This document shows positions 26,720 through 39,646 of a stretch of DNA of 64,000 bases, one piece after another; the first letter of the stretch is position 1; every line of letters starts with the position of its first letter. A model generated the notes under the pieces. The model saw only the letters and a list, made by a program, of their open reading frames with translations. It had not been told where the DNA came from and ran no database searches. A program made the translations under genes and the position numbers. This DNA comes from Octopus vulgaris (lineage: Eukaryota): assembly GCA_951406725.2 (NCBI GenBank), contig OX597823.1, positions 44,764,001-44,828,000 on the forward strand, read 5' to 3'.

Positions 26720-29094
26720 TTGATCTCAAAAAGAACATTTCTGTATCCTTTGCAGTTTATTTCATTTCAAATTGTCATTTGTGAAGTTATTTAAAAGTTC
26801 AATCCATTTTCTTTTTAAACATATTCTGTATGAAGATTTTCATTGTTTATTTCTTTTATATTCTTTTACTTCATAACCTTCAGATAAAAACAGCCTCTTC
26901 TTTCTCTAGTCTTTGTGTTTAATCCAAACATTAACAGGCTGAGTGCAAAAAAAAGCAGCCTGATGATTCACATTGTCCAGGTAAATTATGTACTTTCAAT
27001 AGATAAAAGAAATATATGTTTGGTCTAAATATAAATAGGAGTCAGAGATGACAGTACCAAAAACTGCGGAGGAGGTGGTATCAAAGATTTTTTTTGTACC
27101 AACACAACAGCCCTGTGTGCATGCATTTACATGTGTGCGTGTATATATGTATATATATGCGTGCACACAACCTCACACACACACACAAATGTGTATTTGT
27201 ACATTTATTTAGTATGTATGTATGTACATAAGTATGTAAGTATATGTTATCACAGATCTAATAAGACATGCTATACAAAGAGAATAAAGATGTTAGTAAA
27301 TAGCAAATCTAGGAGACAAATAAAACACTCTAGTAGTAAATGCTAATGATAATATAGAAAACTAATTACTTAATATAACTCAGAATTATTAATCATGTAA
27401 TTACTTATGTATCATTTCCAAAGATTGATCTTTGCAGCAGCAGTGGTAGTAATGGCCTACATATTTTGGAGAACGGTATAGTTGAATAAATCCATAGCAG
27501 GATCGAATAAATCCACTCAGAAAAAAAAAAGACGAATTTTTCAACGGTTTCCTGAGAGGAGGGTAAGTAGTACTCATGACTTGTGCATGGTCTGTGGTGG
27601 AAGGAACATAGCACAAAAGTTGCTACTGTGAAAAGAACTTATTATCACAACATTCAGCTTGAATGAATTGTTTCAAGAGCACTGAATCTGTGAAAGAGCC
27701 AGGTGGTGATGTGAAATCAATGGGTTAATGTATAACCCCATGCTTTCCTCCATGGAAAGGTACAGTCCATCTGACATCAGGTGGGCTTCAGAAAGTGCTT
27801 GTTTACTTGATCTCACACTCAAGGCTTGGACAACCTAAGGTTACTTTTGCAGGGTAGTGGGACCAAACCTGAAACCACCTGATTACAAAACAAATTTCTT
27901 ACCAACAAGACAATGACAGCAGCAAAATACTAAATACTGCAATAATTTCAAGTATAGATACAAGACCATAAAACTTAAGGTAGACATAGTTGATTTTATT
28001 AATTACTAGTACTTGACTGATATTTATTTTAGTAGCCTCCAGAAATAAAGATGAAGTGGACTTAACAGGATTTGAACACATAATAGTATCAATAATTTCC
28101 TACTTCAGTCAGTACAAGACAACACACCTATGTATTTATTTATATGATAATAGTATTATTACTAGTTACAGGTTACCAATTGCTGGTTTATGACATTTAA
28201 CAGCCAAACTGGCAAGGAAGAGTCTTAACTTTGGAGAAGAAATATCTCAAGGGACTTTACAAATGTACTGGTTTTTCATGGATTTTTACATCTTTTGATG
28301 ATACACATCAGTGAAATATAGATATATATAAACATATTTAACATACACACACACACACATTGCAAACTTCCAGTTTGCATCTATTAAATTTCTTTTCTTG
28401 TTCTTTTAACATTACTAAATAGGCAATTCATTCATCTTTTACCATTTCCACATCCTTTCACTGTTGCTGTCATATGAAACTCTTCTCCCTTCTTTGTCAT
28501 ATCATCATAATTCTTTAAAATTTTCTAATGATCAATGAATGGTTTTTAGGTCAGTTTCTCATATATTTTTCAATTTCATTTTGTAATTGTTAACAAAGCA
28601 ATTGCTTGAGGCCAATTTTATTGCTGCCTTTATAGAAAGTGACTTCCAAGGTGGAAAAAGAGAAAAAAAAGGCCCTTACTCACAAGGTAAGGCTATAGCA
28701 GAAATACATTTGCTTAACATACTGTACAATAGGATGAAACCTGGAACTATGTAGTTGAGAAGTTAACTTCTAAACTAAAAAGCCATGCCTTTTTGTTACT
28801 GGCATCAGTTTGAGAGGAAATTTGCTTGTTGAAGATTCTACAATTTGGTTGTTAATGGCAGGAAAATAATTTAACAGCAAGATCATAATCAGAATAAAGT
28901 ACTGGAGATTTCAATTAATGAACATATGATCATTAAGTCCAGTAACAAAAAACCTTCCTTGGTAATTATTTTGCTGGCTTCACACACTGCTAATATGTGC
29001 TAGAACAGGGAGATAGAGTCAAATGAATCGACTGCAGTATATTACAATGCAACGCAAAGTAAAGTTTATAACCAAAGACATTTCAACACAGTAC

Positions 29095-29292
29095 TGGTGC
29101 TGTGTAAAAAGCACATGTGCCGGTACCACATAAAAAACACTCAATGAGCTCAGTAAAGTGGTTGGTGTTAGGAAAAGGGCATCCAGCCATAGCAACCATG
29201 CCAAAACACATGACTAGCTTCTGGCTTGCCAGTTCCTTTCAAATTGTCCAAACCATGCCAGCATGGAAAACGGATGTTAAATGATGATGATG
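29095..29292 (+). mobile_element. (ATG)n-tailed retroelement copy
   Basis: gtggttggtgttaggaaaagggcatccagcc...catggaaaacggatgttaaatgatgatgatg. Confidence 0.8.
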
Positions 29293-31117
29293 CAGAATTG
29301 TTGATACTCTGAGCAACTGCCAGTTCTGACCATTCTAAATACTTCAGATAAACAAACACACATACATACACTTGTTCTTTTATTTAACAAACCAGTAGTC
29401 TGTTATCATTAAGTACTTCAAAGGCAAAAGCACAAGTAAGGGATATTGATGCCCTTAACCTCAGAAAACAATCTGACCATATATACCATGGAAATCACCA
29501 AGCTAAGTTGCCCATGTATAAGAAATAGCCATGTCTTCTGAATTAAAAGTTTCCTGTCAGATTAATCTATTGCAGCATTACTCTGTCTCCACTCACTGTC
29601 ACCTCTAACCACACACACACACACAAATAAACACCACTCTTAGCTCTCTCTCAATATTCTACACACCAATATTCCAAAGATATTATTTTTGCCTATCAAT
29701 CCTCTTGCTATTTTATCATGTCCACTTCTCATTCTCCAAATTCTGCATTTAACATATTTCCAAATCATTCCTTTCATCCATCCACTGGAATTCTATCTCT
29801 CATTGCTTCTCAACATTATCTGTACAGATATCACCATACACCAATTTAATCTGATTATCAATTCCAGTAATCTCACTCATCAGGAAAGCCTACAAAAGTT
29901 ATTAGCATTGAACATTGTCCTCTGACTCATTAATGGTTTTTAAAAATAAAGTCCACATAAACATGTCCTGGGTATGACTTTAAACTACATCCAGTAGTGG
30001 GGCCCTAGTTTGGGAGTTCTAGGGTTTCGAGGAGTGTGGAACAACCTCTCAGCTACTACTGTTCCTAAGCCGACTCTGATCCAGAGTAGTAACACCTGTC
30101 AGGTTAATTGGCCTGTTATGGAAGAAACTCTAAGCACAAATCCATACTACCATGTGGGAAAAGAAATGCCAGAGAAGTTAGTCTCTGCAGCAAATCAAGG
30201 AGTAGGGGTGCCCTCTTTGACACCCTTCTGGCAACTTCAGAGTAGGTGGAGCTCTCCAGTCCTATAATTCACCTAAGAAAAGGCCAATCCAATGTAAAAT
30301 CTACAGCTTGCTGATCACTGCCACTGTTTTGGCCCACTGAGTCGCTGTAGTCCAAACTCCATGGGATTAGATTGTGTGGACTGACTCTTACTTTAAAACT
30401 ACTAAATCTAGGCAGGAAGAAAAGACCTGCAGCATCAAGAACTGGCTTTCATAACCACTTGAGGGTGTGACATTCTTCCTGATGATATTTGGACAGGAAA
30501 AAAACTGATATCATCATCATTGTCACACAAATGCTCTTTTCCATCACACACATTCACAGTTAAGTTTATAAAATTCAAGAATTTCCTGACCATAACAATG
30601 TAATGAATATTTTTTAAAAAAAAGGTCAATTATCAGCAATAGGCATACATATATTTCAAAAGATTACAATAGAGATTTCACTTTTGGTTAAGAGATTTTG
30701 ATCACAAGCAATTGTATTAATAAGACAAACTAACAAAACTTCATATCAACCATGCCATTAGATTTGGAAAAAACTAGAAATATGCATTTGAAATATGCCA
30801 ATATGCACCCAGAGGAACAAGGGTTGAGGTTCAATACATAGAAATCTTGATAAGTTACTGAAAGGTTTAGTTAAGTTCAACTGAGCTGACAGCAATGCCC
30901 TACAAAAGTATATGTACATAAGGAAACAACAACAACAAAAACAACAGATAATATTAACACTCATCTGGACTGTTCAATGCTACAAAATAAACCAAATGTT
31001 TGATAGGAGGTAATATGGGAGATACAAGGGAATATTGGATGGTAGAGAAAGAGGATGGCTACCACCATAGTCAACATTACAAATACTACAAGGAGACAAG
31101 GAGTAAAGTGGACTAAC

Positions 31118-31236
31118 ATTTGAAATGATTCTGGTTGGTGAACTTTCAGCAGGCTTTGCTGGTGTCAAATTTGTTTGGTTAGAGGTGGGTCCACCGGAAT
31201 ATGGTACATCATCAACCAAGTTTGGAGATTGGGATT
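31118..31236 (-). CDS. WDR47: WDR47 linker exon
   Basis: ttctcttttcag|AA ... AAT|gttagt, phase 1-0; bridges the phase-1 upstream exon to the phase-0 WD40 exon; SQSPNLVDDVPYSGGPTSNQTNLTPAKPAESSPTRIISN. Confidence 0.78.
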
Positions 31237-32907
31237 CTGAAAAGAGAACCAGAAAGTCATAAATATATAACAGAAAACATTTATTTGGGTAAAAATATTA
31301 GATGTTCTTTTTATAGTTCTAATGCAAGAGTGGTACATACCTTTCAGCTCAACACATTATGGCAAATAAATAATTGTTCCTAACTTAGGTACTTAGTCAT
31401 ATGGTTGGAATTAAGGAGGGGGTTTAGTCAATTACATTAATCCCAGTTCTTGACTGATACCTTAATTTATGAACCCCAGAAGTTGACCGTGGTAGGATTT
31501 GAACTCAAAATTAAGAGTTATAACACTGGAAGGCTTTTTTCTGATGCTCTATCAATTCTGTCAGCTGCAGGTCTTTCTCAAAGGCCAAACCATAGTGACA
31601 ATAGCAAAATTTGAACCTATGATGATATGAACAACAGTCCCATACCATGGAGTAAGAGCTTATTTTGAGATTATTCCTACGACCAGAGTGCAACATATTG
31701 ATAAATAATATCAATGTTAGCAGGATCTACAATTGGCAATTGTTCATAATCTTTGAGCTGTACCTTGTTCTAGGTTCATTTAATCATTTCAGGTATTTCA
31801 GTTACTGAAAAATCAACCCTCACCTGACCTGACCTAACCCCTTCTAACCATAATAACATGCCAATATATTTCTCATAACTGAAAACAAAATCTTCAACTT
31901 TTGCTTGTTTGAATATACTGCAGTCAAATAGCTCCTCCATTAATACAGAGGTAATATCATTTCATTAGCCAAATCAGTGGCTAAAGACTAGATTAAACGG
32001 GCAGCAACTCAACTCATCGTTGTTGAGAAGACTGTATCAGGCTCATGTGGAACATATTGCCTTTGTATTCCAAAGATAATTTGCTGTTGTTGTTGCTGGT
32101 GATAAACAGAACACAAGTGTGATAGTATAACTAGTTGTTGTATGGTGGTGAGCTGACACAATTGTTAGAGCACCATAAAAAATATTTTGCATGATTTGAT
32201 CCGACTCTTTACAAATCCTGTTGAGATCAACTTTACCTTTCATTCTTTTGGGAGTCAATAAAATAAAATAATAGTTAAGTACCGAGGGTCAATGTAATTG
32301 ACTAAGCCCTTCCCCTCAGATCAGAAACAGTTATTATTACCAGTTGTGTACAGCCATGTTATTAAAGACTGGGTTTTTAGATTTATAGAGTAAAGCTGGG
32401 TGTTTGTCTGTCTTATTATCCAACTGCAAGTAAGGTGTCAACTAGCTCAATTAGCCAACAACAACATAGAATAACTGAAATATCACTAGCATATTGAATT
32501 CAGTGAGACCTTACAGTTTGGTTAATGTTCTAGCTGTGGACAAGTCTATTAGTGCTTTACACAGAGGGGTTTAAATAGTAAGGATAACAATTTCTTTAAA
32601 AGCAAGACTCAATTTCTGTACTTTCATTTTGTTGCACAGCAACAACAAACTTCTAAATGTGAACATCATTTCATCAGTTGTGAAATTAAAAGTTCTCAAT
32701 GTTATTAATGCTATGTGGTATAGCTGTGGTTAAATAAAGTATAACACTGAACAGTTATTCTCACACTTTTATTGCCTGTTTTGTGTGAATATATTTGGTG
32801 GTGTTTAAAGAATCTTTTTACTTTAGACACATCAAATATTTACCTTTTAAAGACTAAATACTTATTTCACTTGCATTACAATCACAAATATCCTAAAAAT
32901 GTGAGTG

Positions 32908-33212
32908 AAGGCATGTGACTTAGTGGTTAGGGCATTCAGTTGTGAGTTTGATTCCCAGTGGCACATGTGTCCTTGAGCAACACACTTTATTTCATGTTGC
33001 TTCAGTCCACTCAGCTGGCTAAAATGAGTAGTGCTTGTATTTCAAAGGGCCAGCCTTGTCACATTCTGAGTCATGCTGAATCTACTTGAGAACTATGTTA
33101 AGAGATGCATGTCTGTGGAGTTCTTAGCCACTTGAATGTTAATTTCAGAAGCAGACTGTTCTGTTGGTTGGATCAAGTGGGACCCTCATCATTGTAACTG
33201 ATAGAGTGCCAG
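32908..33212 (+). mobile_element. tRNA-derived SINE
   Basis: A-box-like gtgacttagtgg, B-box-like gagtttgattccc, then gtgtccttgagcaacacactttatttca. Confidence 0.8.
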
Positions 33213-33812
33213 TACCCTAAAAATATGAGATTGTTGCTCTACTATTTAAGACAGGGGTGCCTTAGGATTAAGGCTGCTAGTTCTATGACCCAAGATGGTA
33301 TGTAATTTGAATAATACAATTCCAGGTATGAGTCAAACTTAAAAGCTTAAACTACAGTTACTCTTTTAAATATCATCTCTCCCAGCAAAAACTCTAAGCA
33401 TTTGAAACACCTGACAATTATCAAAGTATCTCAGTAGAGATTAGTCCCAATCCATACACTGATTACCAATTATTGAGGTTACTTAAGAACCAAGTAATTT
33501 TCAATCCAAGAATCACCTCCAAACTATAGTTAAGTATCTTTTTCTTGATTTATTCTTAAGGAACATCTTTTGATTTCCAGTTAAAATTTATTACAAAAGA
33601 AACTTGAAAGAAAACCCTAGCCATCCTACATTTTTTCTTTTCATCTTATCCATTTAATTATTCATTTCCTAAAAATTAATTCTTTCATATGTTTTACAAT
33701 ATTACCAATTCTTACCAACCATAGAATATTCTCAACAACTTTTGTTTCGTAAAATGGCTGGAAACAAAAGAAGATGCAGAAAACAGAAAATGTTTAAAGA
33801 ACATCAACCAAC

Positions 33813-33845
33813 CAATGCAAAACAAAGGCTCAGATTCCATCAACA
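33813..33845 (-). CDS. WDR47: Candidate WDR47 microexon A (33 nt; VLMESEPLFCI)
   Basis: attaaaacccag|TG ... TTTTGCATTG|gttggt; phase 1-1 in a phase-1 intron; paralogous to 35119-35160. Confidence 0.5.
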
Positions 33846-35118
33846 CTGGGTTTTAATCAATGAACAAATCAAAAGGGAGAAGCTGAAGTTTGGAGAACAG
33901 CAAAAAGAATTTGAAAATAAAAGCAAAGTTTTGATATATTTATGACAAAGGTAAGCATTAAAGCTGCCAATTAATTAAAAAATTTCAATCAAGCAATCAC
34001 AGGATAAACAGATGAAAGATTGCAATCAATGAGAATTTCAAGTAGAGGCTCATTTACATGAAGCAGTGATTTCATTCCCTCAATGTACTGGATTTCCTGG
34101 TTCTTCATGGAAACTGGTAGATCTAGATATTTAATATCCACAGGAATTTCCCCACTCACCTATCTCCTTACCATTGATCAGGTGTGGCAGCTTGGCAAAA
34201 ACTGATGTTATTTTTAGATTTTGTTGTAAATAGTCAAGTAGCACAATGGAGTCTAATCCACTTGGTTGTTGAGACGGTTGGCCAGTATACTAGTTTGGTG
34301 AAGAATAGATTATAAACAGGGTTAATATCTGTGTGTAGCTACATCTGGTAGCACCGAAACCAACATTTATCACTAAACTAGCATACTGGTCAACAAGTGA
34401 CTACTCTCACTCCCACAAACTATCAATGTCTACTAAGCTGCCATACCTGACCAACAGCAAGGAAACAGTTGAAGAAACTAAATCTGTTAAGAACAAGAAT
34501 CTTTCTATCACTAGTCATCTTGAAGGATGTGATACTCAAAGTAACATAGAATGAAGACCAAGTTTCACATGATTATATAAACCTTACTACATACATTATT
34601 TTGTCTTTCTCTTTTTGTAAACCCCAACCATACATACACTATTTATTCGGCTTTGAACTAAACTGGAAAGAAGTAATACCATTCAATGTCTTCTTCCTAA
34701 TGAAACAACTATAAAAAAAATATTTAGCTCGGAGTAAGCCACACAACTTAGCCTATCAACCCGGAGAAGGCCATCGACAAGATATCAGACTGCACTCTGC
34801 CGGTTGCTAAAGAAACTAGAGTTATATGAATAGCTTGTGAGGACTGTACAAGGTACTATCAGCAAAAATAGGCGCTGTCAGCAAAGTGAGAATTAACACA
34901 GTAAGTTCAAAAAAGAAATTTAGAACACAGGTTTATGTCCACCAGGATAAATTTCTCAGCCCCTTTTTGTTTTTTATAGTTCTCCAGGCCATAAAAGAGG
35001 AGTTTAAAATCAGCTATTAAAGGAAAGTTATCAATGCTGATGACCTACTTCTCATAAGTGAACCTGCCAAGATTGCGAGGTAAAGTTTCAAATCTGAAGC
35101 AAAACTCAACCAACCAAC

Positions 35119-35160
35119 CAATGCAAAACATTGAAGGGTTACAAGCAAATCTTGCAGCGA
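35119..35160 (-). CDS. WDR47: Candidate WDR47 microexon B (42 nt; VAARFACNPSMFCI)
   Basis: actaaaacattag|TC ... TTTTGCATTG|gttggt; phase 1-1; long T tract upstream; paralogous to 33813-33845. Confidence 0.5.
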
Positions 35161-35289
35161 CTAATGTTTTAGTTAATAAAATAAAAAAAAAAAAGACAAG
35201 ACTCTTCAGAGAATAGGGAAAGTGGTCATGCTTGAAATAGTGTTTCCAATGTAAACTATGGACGCACAAGAGATGTAGGATGAAAACAG

Positions 35290-35740
35290 GCTGACAGAGA
35301 AAGTAGACTTTATATGTGATAGATGAACTGAAGTAATTAACAGTAAGTGTACATGAGAAATAGATTGCTTTATGAGTGGAAGGCTCTATAGAAGTAGTTG
35401 AGAGTTCTTTACCTAAGTGACTGAAATAGCAGTGGAAGTGGGTGTTCTAAAAACATGGTAGCCAGAGTAAGTGCAGAGTGAAAAAAATTCAGTGAGCTAT
35501 TACCTCCCCTGGCAACAAAGTACGTCTTTTTCAAAATGTGGGGAACATTATATGATGCCTGAGTACGAAGTATGACAGAGGGATATGGGTAGTGAATGTG
35601 GAGGATGTAAGTCAAAAAGAAACAGGGTGAACATGCTCAGCTGTATGAGTAATATCAGTGTGCATGACTCAGAGCACAAACGAGTTGAGAGGAAACCTGA
35701 ATTCAAGAGAAATCAGATGGATGTTATGTGCAAAAGAGCA
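35290..35740 (+). mobile_element. RTE-clade LINE reverse-transcriptase C-terminal fragment, degraded
   Basis: Broken frames read IEVVES..YL...SGSGCSKNMVARVSA..KKFSELLP.L.TK...LYDA.VRS, typical of the RTE ORF downstream of the RT core. Confidence 0.7.
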
Positions 35741-37130
35741 ATATGCTACTTATGCTTATGTTCAATCCTTTCCCGCTATTATCATCTCTCTTCTGCGATA
35801 CATCATTCTCTCCCCACCTTTCCCGTTACTTTCTCTCTAATCTCTCCTCAATCACACTCATTCTTGCCATCCCGACTTTCTTCGATTACTCTCTCTTCTG
35901 CAACCCCCACACACACTGGCTCTCTCCTCTTAGTCATGCTGTTTTCATATTTCTGCTCTGGCTCTCATTCTTACTCCCTCTTTTATCCCTGCATCCATTC
36001 CAACAACTCTGATCTCTTTTCTTTTATCCAAAGTGTGTGAAAGGACAGGAAGACAACACAAGGAAAAGGGGACTATAGTCTTGCTGGCTTTGAGTCACAT
36101 CTGTATTGATGAACAAGATAGTGGCAACTAAAAGTAGAGAAGATGATTTGGTATTGCCGTGAACATAATCTCTTTGACCCGGGTGCAATGATAAAATGCA
36201 CCTTGTACACCTAATCAAGTGGTTGATGATAGGACTCAACCACAGAGACTGTACCAAAAATTGTAAAATGATAATGTTTGTAACATTATCATTTACTGAA
36301 TAAATTTGGCAGGGAAACAACAAAGAGGTTGTCCCTTTCCAGTTTAGGTAGTGCTCTTCGTTCTGCAGAGAGAATAACCAAATTTATTTTATTGAAGCTA
36401 TGCCTTTAGCTTATTTGGTTGTTTTCAACACAGTTAGGAGGAGGAGCTAAATCATCTCCCTATAAGGAAGAGTGAAATATATAGAGATGAATAGAGTGAC
36501 GGGGGGGGGGGGGAGAAAGCAGGAGAGAGGAGAAAGACAGAGAGTGTATGTGTGATGCAGACTGATAGTGAAGAGTGAAAACCGAAAGACAGAAATTAAT
36601 TAGGAAAAAACTGGTTTAGTTTAATGACTAATGGAAAATAGGCTTTTGTTATGTATTATTTCAATCTGGAGGTAACTAAATGTAGTAGTAGGAGGAGAGA
36701 GAGATTAAGAGAGTGGGGGAGAGATTAACCAAACCATTTTGAGGTAAGTCAAAAGAGATCTAAAAATACTGAGACAATTTGTATATTTAAGATGAAATGT
36801 AACAGCTTTTTCGTTCAAATATGACTGAATCGAGTGAAAGCAAATATAGAACAGAACAATAAACTCAAACATTCTCTCAAATGTAACAATGTGGAGAGCA
36901 TTTTGAAGCCATACAGCAAAGGAGCTACCTAAACCAGATACAGCACCACCATACCGCTAAACCATCAAGTAACTGTGTAAATATGAAAGCCATAAAATCA
37001 CTGAGTAAACAAGATCAGATAAGCAAACAATTCTATCAACTGGAAAGTTTAAGAAGACCCTCTTGGCCTTTGGAGGCCTTTATCATTATTCACTCTGTTG
37101 CATGTTTTGCTGTGAGTCTAACTTTCTTAC

Positions 37131-37223
37131 TTCCCCCAACTAGAGACAAAGATGCTGGAAGAATCACATGATCTTCCTCCTCTGGGTCACGCCCACCCCC
37201 ATAAAAAGTAAAAATAAAGCTAT
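37131..37223 (-). CDS. WDR47: Candidate WDR47 cassette exon (93 nt)
   Basis: (t)n ag|AT ... GGAA|gtaaga; phase 1-1; open frame DSFIFTFYGGGRDPEEEDHVILPASLSLVGG. Confidence 0.35.
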
Positions 37224-37507
37224 CTAAAAAAAAAAAATTTTGTTAAAAACTCAAAAAAAAAAAAACTTTCATTAACAAACTATTTTTAGGTTGTTTATGT
37301 TAAAACCAACAAGTGTGCAGCAAAAGTCAGCAGCAAGTACAAATAAAATGACTGCAAGAAAAATGGGTAGGATTAAACTGTAGAGAAATAACATTCTAAA
37401 GAGCATATTAAGAAATGAGCAAAATGAAATAAGAATTCAGGGAAGAAACAAACGGTAGTATTTTTTTTTTTTTTCATCTTTAAAGATTCATACATCGTGC
37501 AATTTAC

Positions 37508-37564
37508 CTTTCACTGATGTTGATTTTGAGATGGATGTCTTAGGTTTATTAACTTTGCTGGGAG
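37508..37564 (-). CDS. WDR47: WDR47 short linker exon (57 nt)
   Basis: gttcccag|CT ... AAAG|gtaaat; phase 1-1; APSKVNKPKTSISKSTSVK; long (CT)n tract upstream. Confidence 0.65.
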
Positions 37565-37627
37565 CTGGGAACATTTCAAAATAGAGAGAAAATAAATGGA
37601 AAAAAAAAACAACAAAAACTTCTTTTG

Positions 37628-37800
37628 AAAGAGAGAGAGAGAAAGAGCAAGAGAGAGGGAGCGAGAGAGAGAGAGAGAGAGGGAGCGAGAGAGAGAGAGA
37701 GAGAGCGAGCGAGAGAGAGAGAGAGAAAGAGCGAGAGAGAGAGAGAGAGTGAGTGAGCGAGCGATAGCGATAGAGAGAGAGAGAGAGTGTGTGTGTGTGT
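37628..37800. repeat. Compound (GA)n/(GAGC)n/(GT)n microsatellite
   Basis: Seen directly; reads as a long (CU)n tract upstream of the 57-nt exon in the pre-mRNA. Confidence 0.95.
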
Positions 37801-39098
37801 ATGTGTTTTGACATTTTGCAGATAGTCAAATTGTTTCTCTTATGTTCAGAAAAAGTTCAAGAGACAAAAAAAAAGTTTCAAAAGAAGAAAAATAGAAAAA
37901 CAAAATAAATAAATAAAACATAAAATTTAATTTTATTCTTCAGAGAAATGGTAAAGTTGCTTTTGTAGTTTTTAATCAGCAACAAAACTTTCGCCAATAC
38001 TAGTCACAGCTTTCAGATGGGAAACAATAGTAGCAACAAACCATAGGGATAATTAACTACGTTAAAGGGATAAGAGGCAAGGAAGAAATGAATAAAGGAT
38101 GGAAAATAGCAAATAAGTATAAAAAAAAAAAAAAAGAAAAGAATAAGAAGGGGGAAAAATTCTGAACCCACATTTATTACTGATTGAAACTAGCACTTCA
38201 GATTATGACCATTCTAACACCTGTCTTAATTTCATCATTTTAATACCCATGCCTTTCTGGTTGGATTTTTATGTCGCCCGAAAAAAATATTGCAAACAAG
38301 ATACAAGTTCTTGGCACACTGGTTAGATATTTTTGGTAAGGACCGATTCACTTCCTGACTATTTGTAATAAGGTAGGACATCTTTAGCTGTTTCATTGCT
38401 ATTCTTGTCATTGCTTTAATGTCTCATTTTCCATGCTGCATGGATTAGAAAGGTTTGCAATATTACAGACTTGGACACATTTTGAACTTCTAATACTTGT
38501 AGCACCTGTATGCCTTTTGCAAACCCTGTTTAACTCCAGGATTATATGGTAAAAGGTATTCTGTGATCACTTTTTGTTTTCACTCTGACATAATCTATCT
38601 AAGACTATATTATCCAATCTGTTCGCCCACTTTTAGATGATTAAGGGGATATTTTGCTGCTAATCAAAGAGAACAATTTCAGAGACTGAATTATTAAGTA
38701 TAATTTCAACATGAGGCAGTGGTGCATTATTCTACTGATTTCCTCAAAGTCTATTTTCTTTTTGTGTGTGTTGTTATAAATTGTTAGTGTGTAGATGAAG
38801 GTTTGCTTAGAGTCTCTTCAACTATTGTTGTGACTGAGTAATTATCCAAGAGACAAACTGGTGCATTCATAGTCATGTTTATATCAAAGTCAAACCAAAT
38901 TCTAAAGAATCCAATAACCTAAGAGAAAAAGAGAAGGAAAAATTGGGCAGGAGTTCAAGAATTTCCTGATTTAAAAAGATTAACTATTGTGCTTTAAGAA
39001 TCAGGATTGAGGCCATTCTTACTACCAGTGACCAGTCCAATCTTAAGTGCACCAAAGTAAAACCTATGAGACAGAATTAGGTTAACGTGGTAACCTAC

Positions 39099-39431
39099 CT
39101 GAGGTCTTTTCCACACCACTACTTTCTGACGGCGTCCCTTGAACACTCGCACTCCGAGTGATTCCCTTGACGGGACCAAGCGGCTTCTGAGCAGAGGATT
39201 TGTTTTGAACAGACTTTGCAGGGACCCCATGCAAGCTGTGCTGTCGTTGAAGAGAGGGACTTGCCTCACCAGCCTTAGCAGGAGTGTCACTTGAATCTTT
39301 GGTAACATTGTGGTCAACACATTTGACCATGCCCACAGGCTTGGTCTTGGGCAAAGTGTTAGGTAACACAGGTGTATTTGGGGAGGGACTGTGTGGCCTC
39401 TCCCCATTAATAGGTGTACTCGTGATCGGAT
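39099..39431 (-). CDS. WDR47: WDR47 S/P/T-rich linker exon (333 nt)
   Basis: gcttatag|AT ... TCAG|gtaggt; phase 1-1; GC-rich coding-like composition; PITSTPINGERPHSPSP...VEKTS. Confidence 0.82.
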
Positions 39432-39613
39432 CTATAAGCATGAAAAAAAAAGCATACAAAAGCAGCAGCAACAAAAGAGCTCATGGTGGTGCATTGAAAT
39501 AAAATCAAGCTAAAAATGTTTGCAAATAAATGAGTAAATAAATAAAATTGGATTTTGTTGCGAGCAAAGATATTAAAAATAATTTAGACATAGATACATT
39601 TGCATGCAGTACA

Positions 39614-39646
<33 letters not shown>

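Noticed and set aside
27401-27625. Exon-like segment after ttttcacag
   Set aside because: The phase-0 reading starts with TAG; the other frames lack similarity to anything I recognise
32908-33000. tRNA-like A/B boxes here and at 55730-55807
   Set aside because: These are SINE heads with no cloverleaf; not functional tRNA genes
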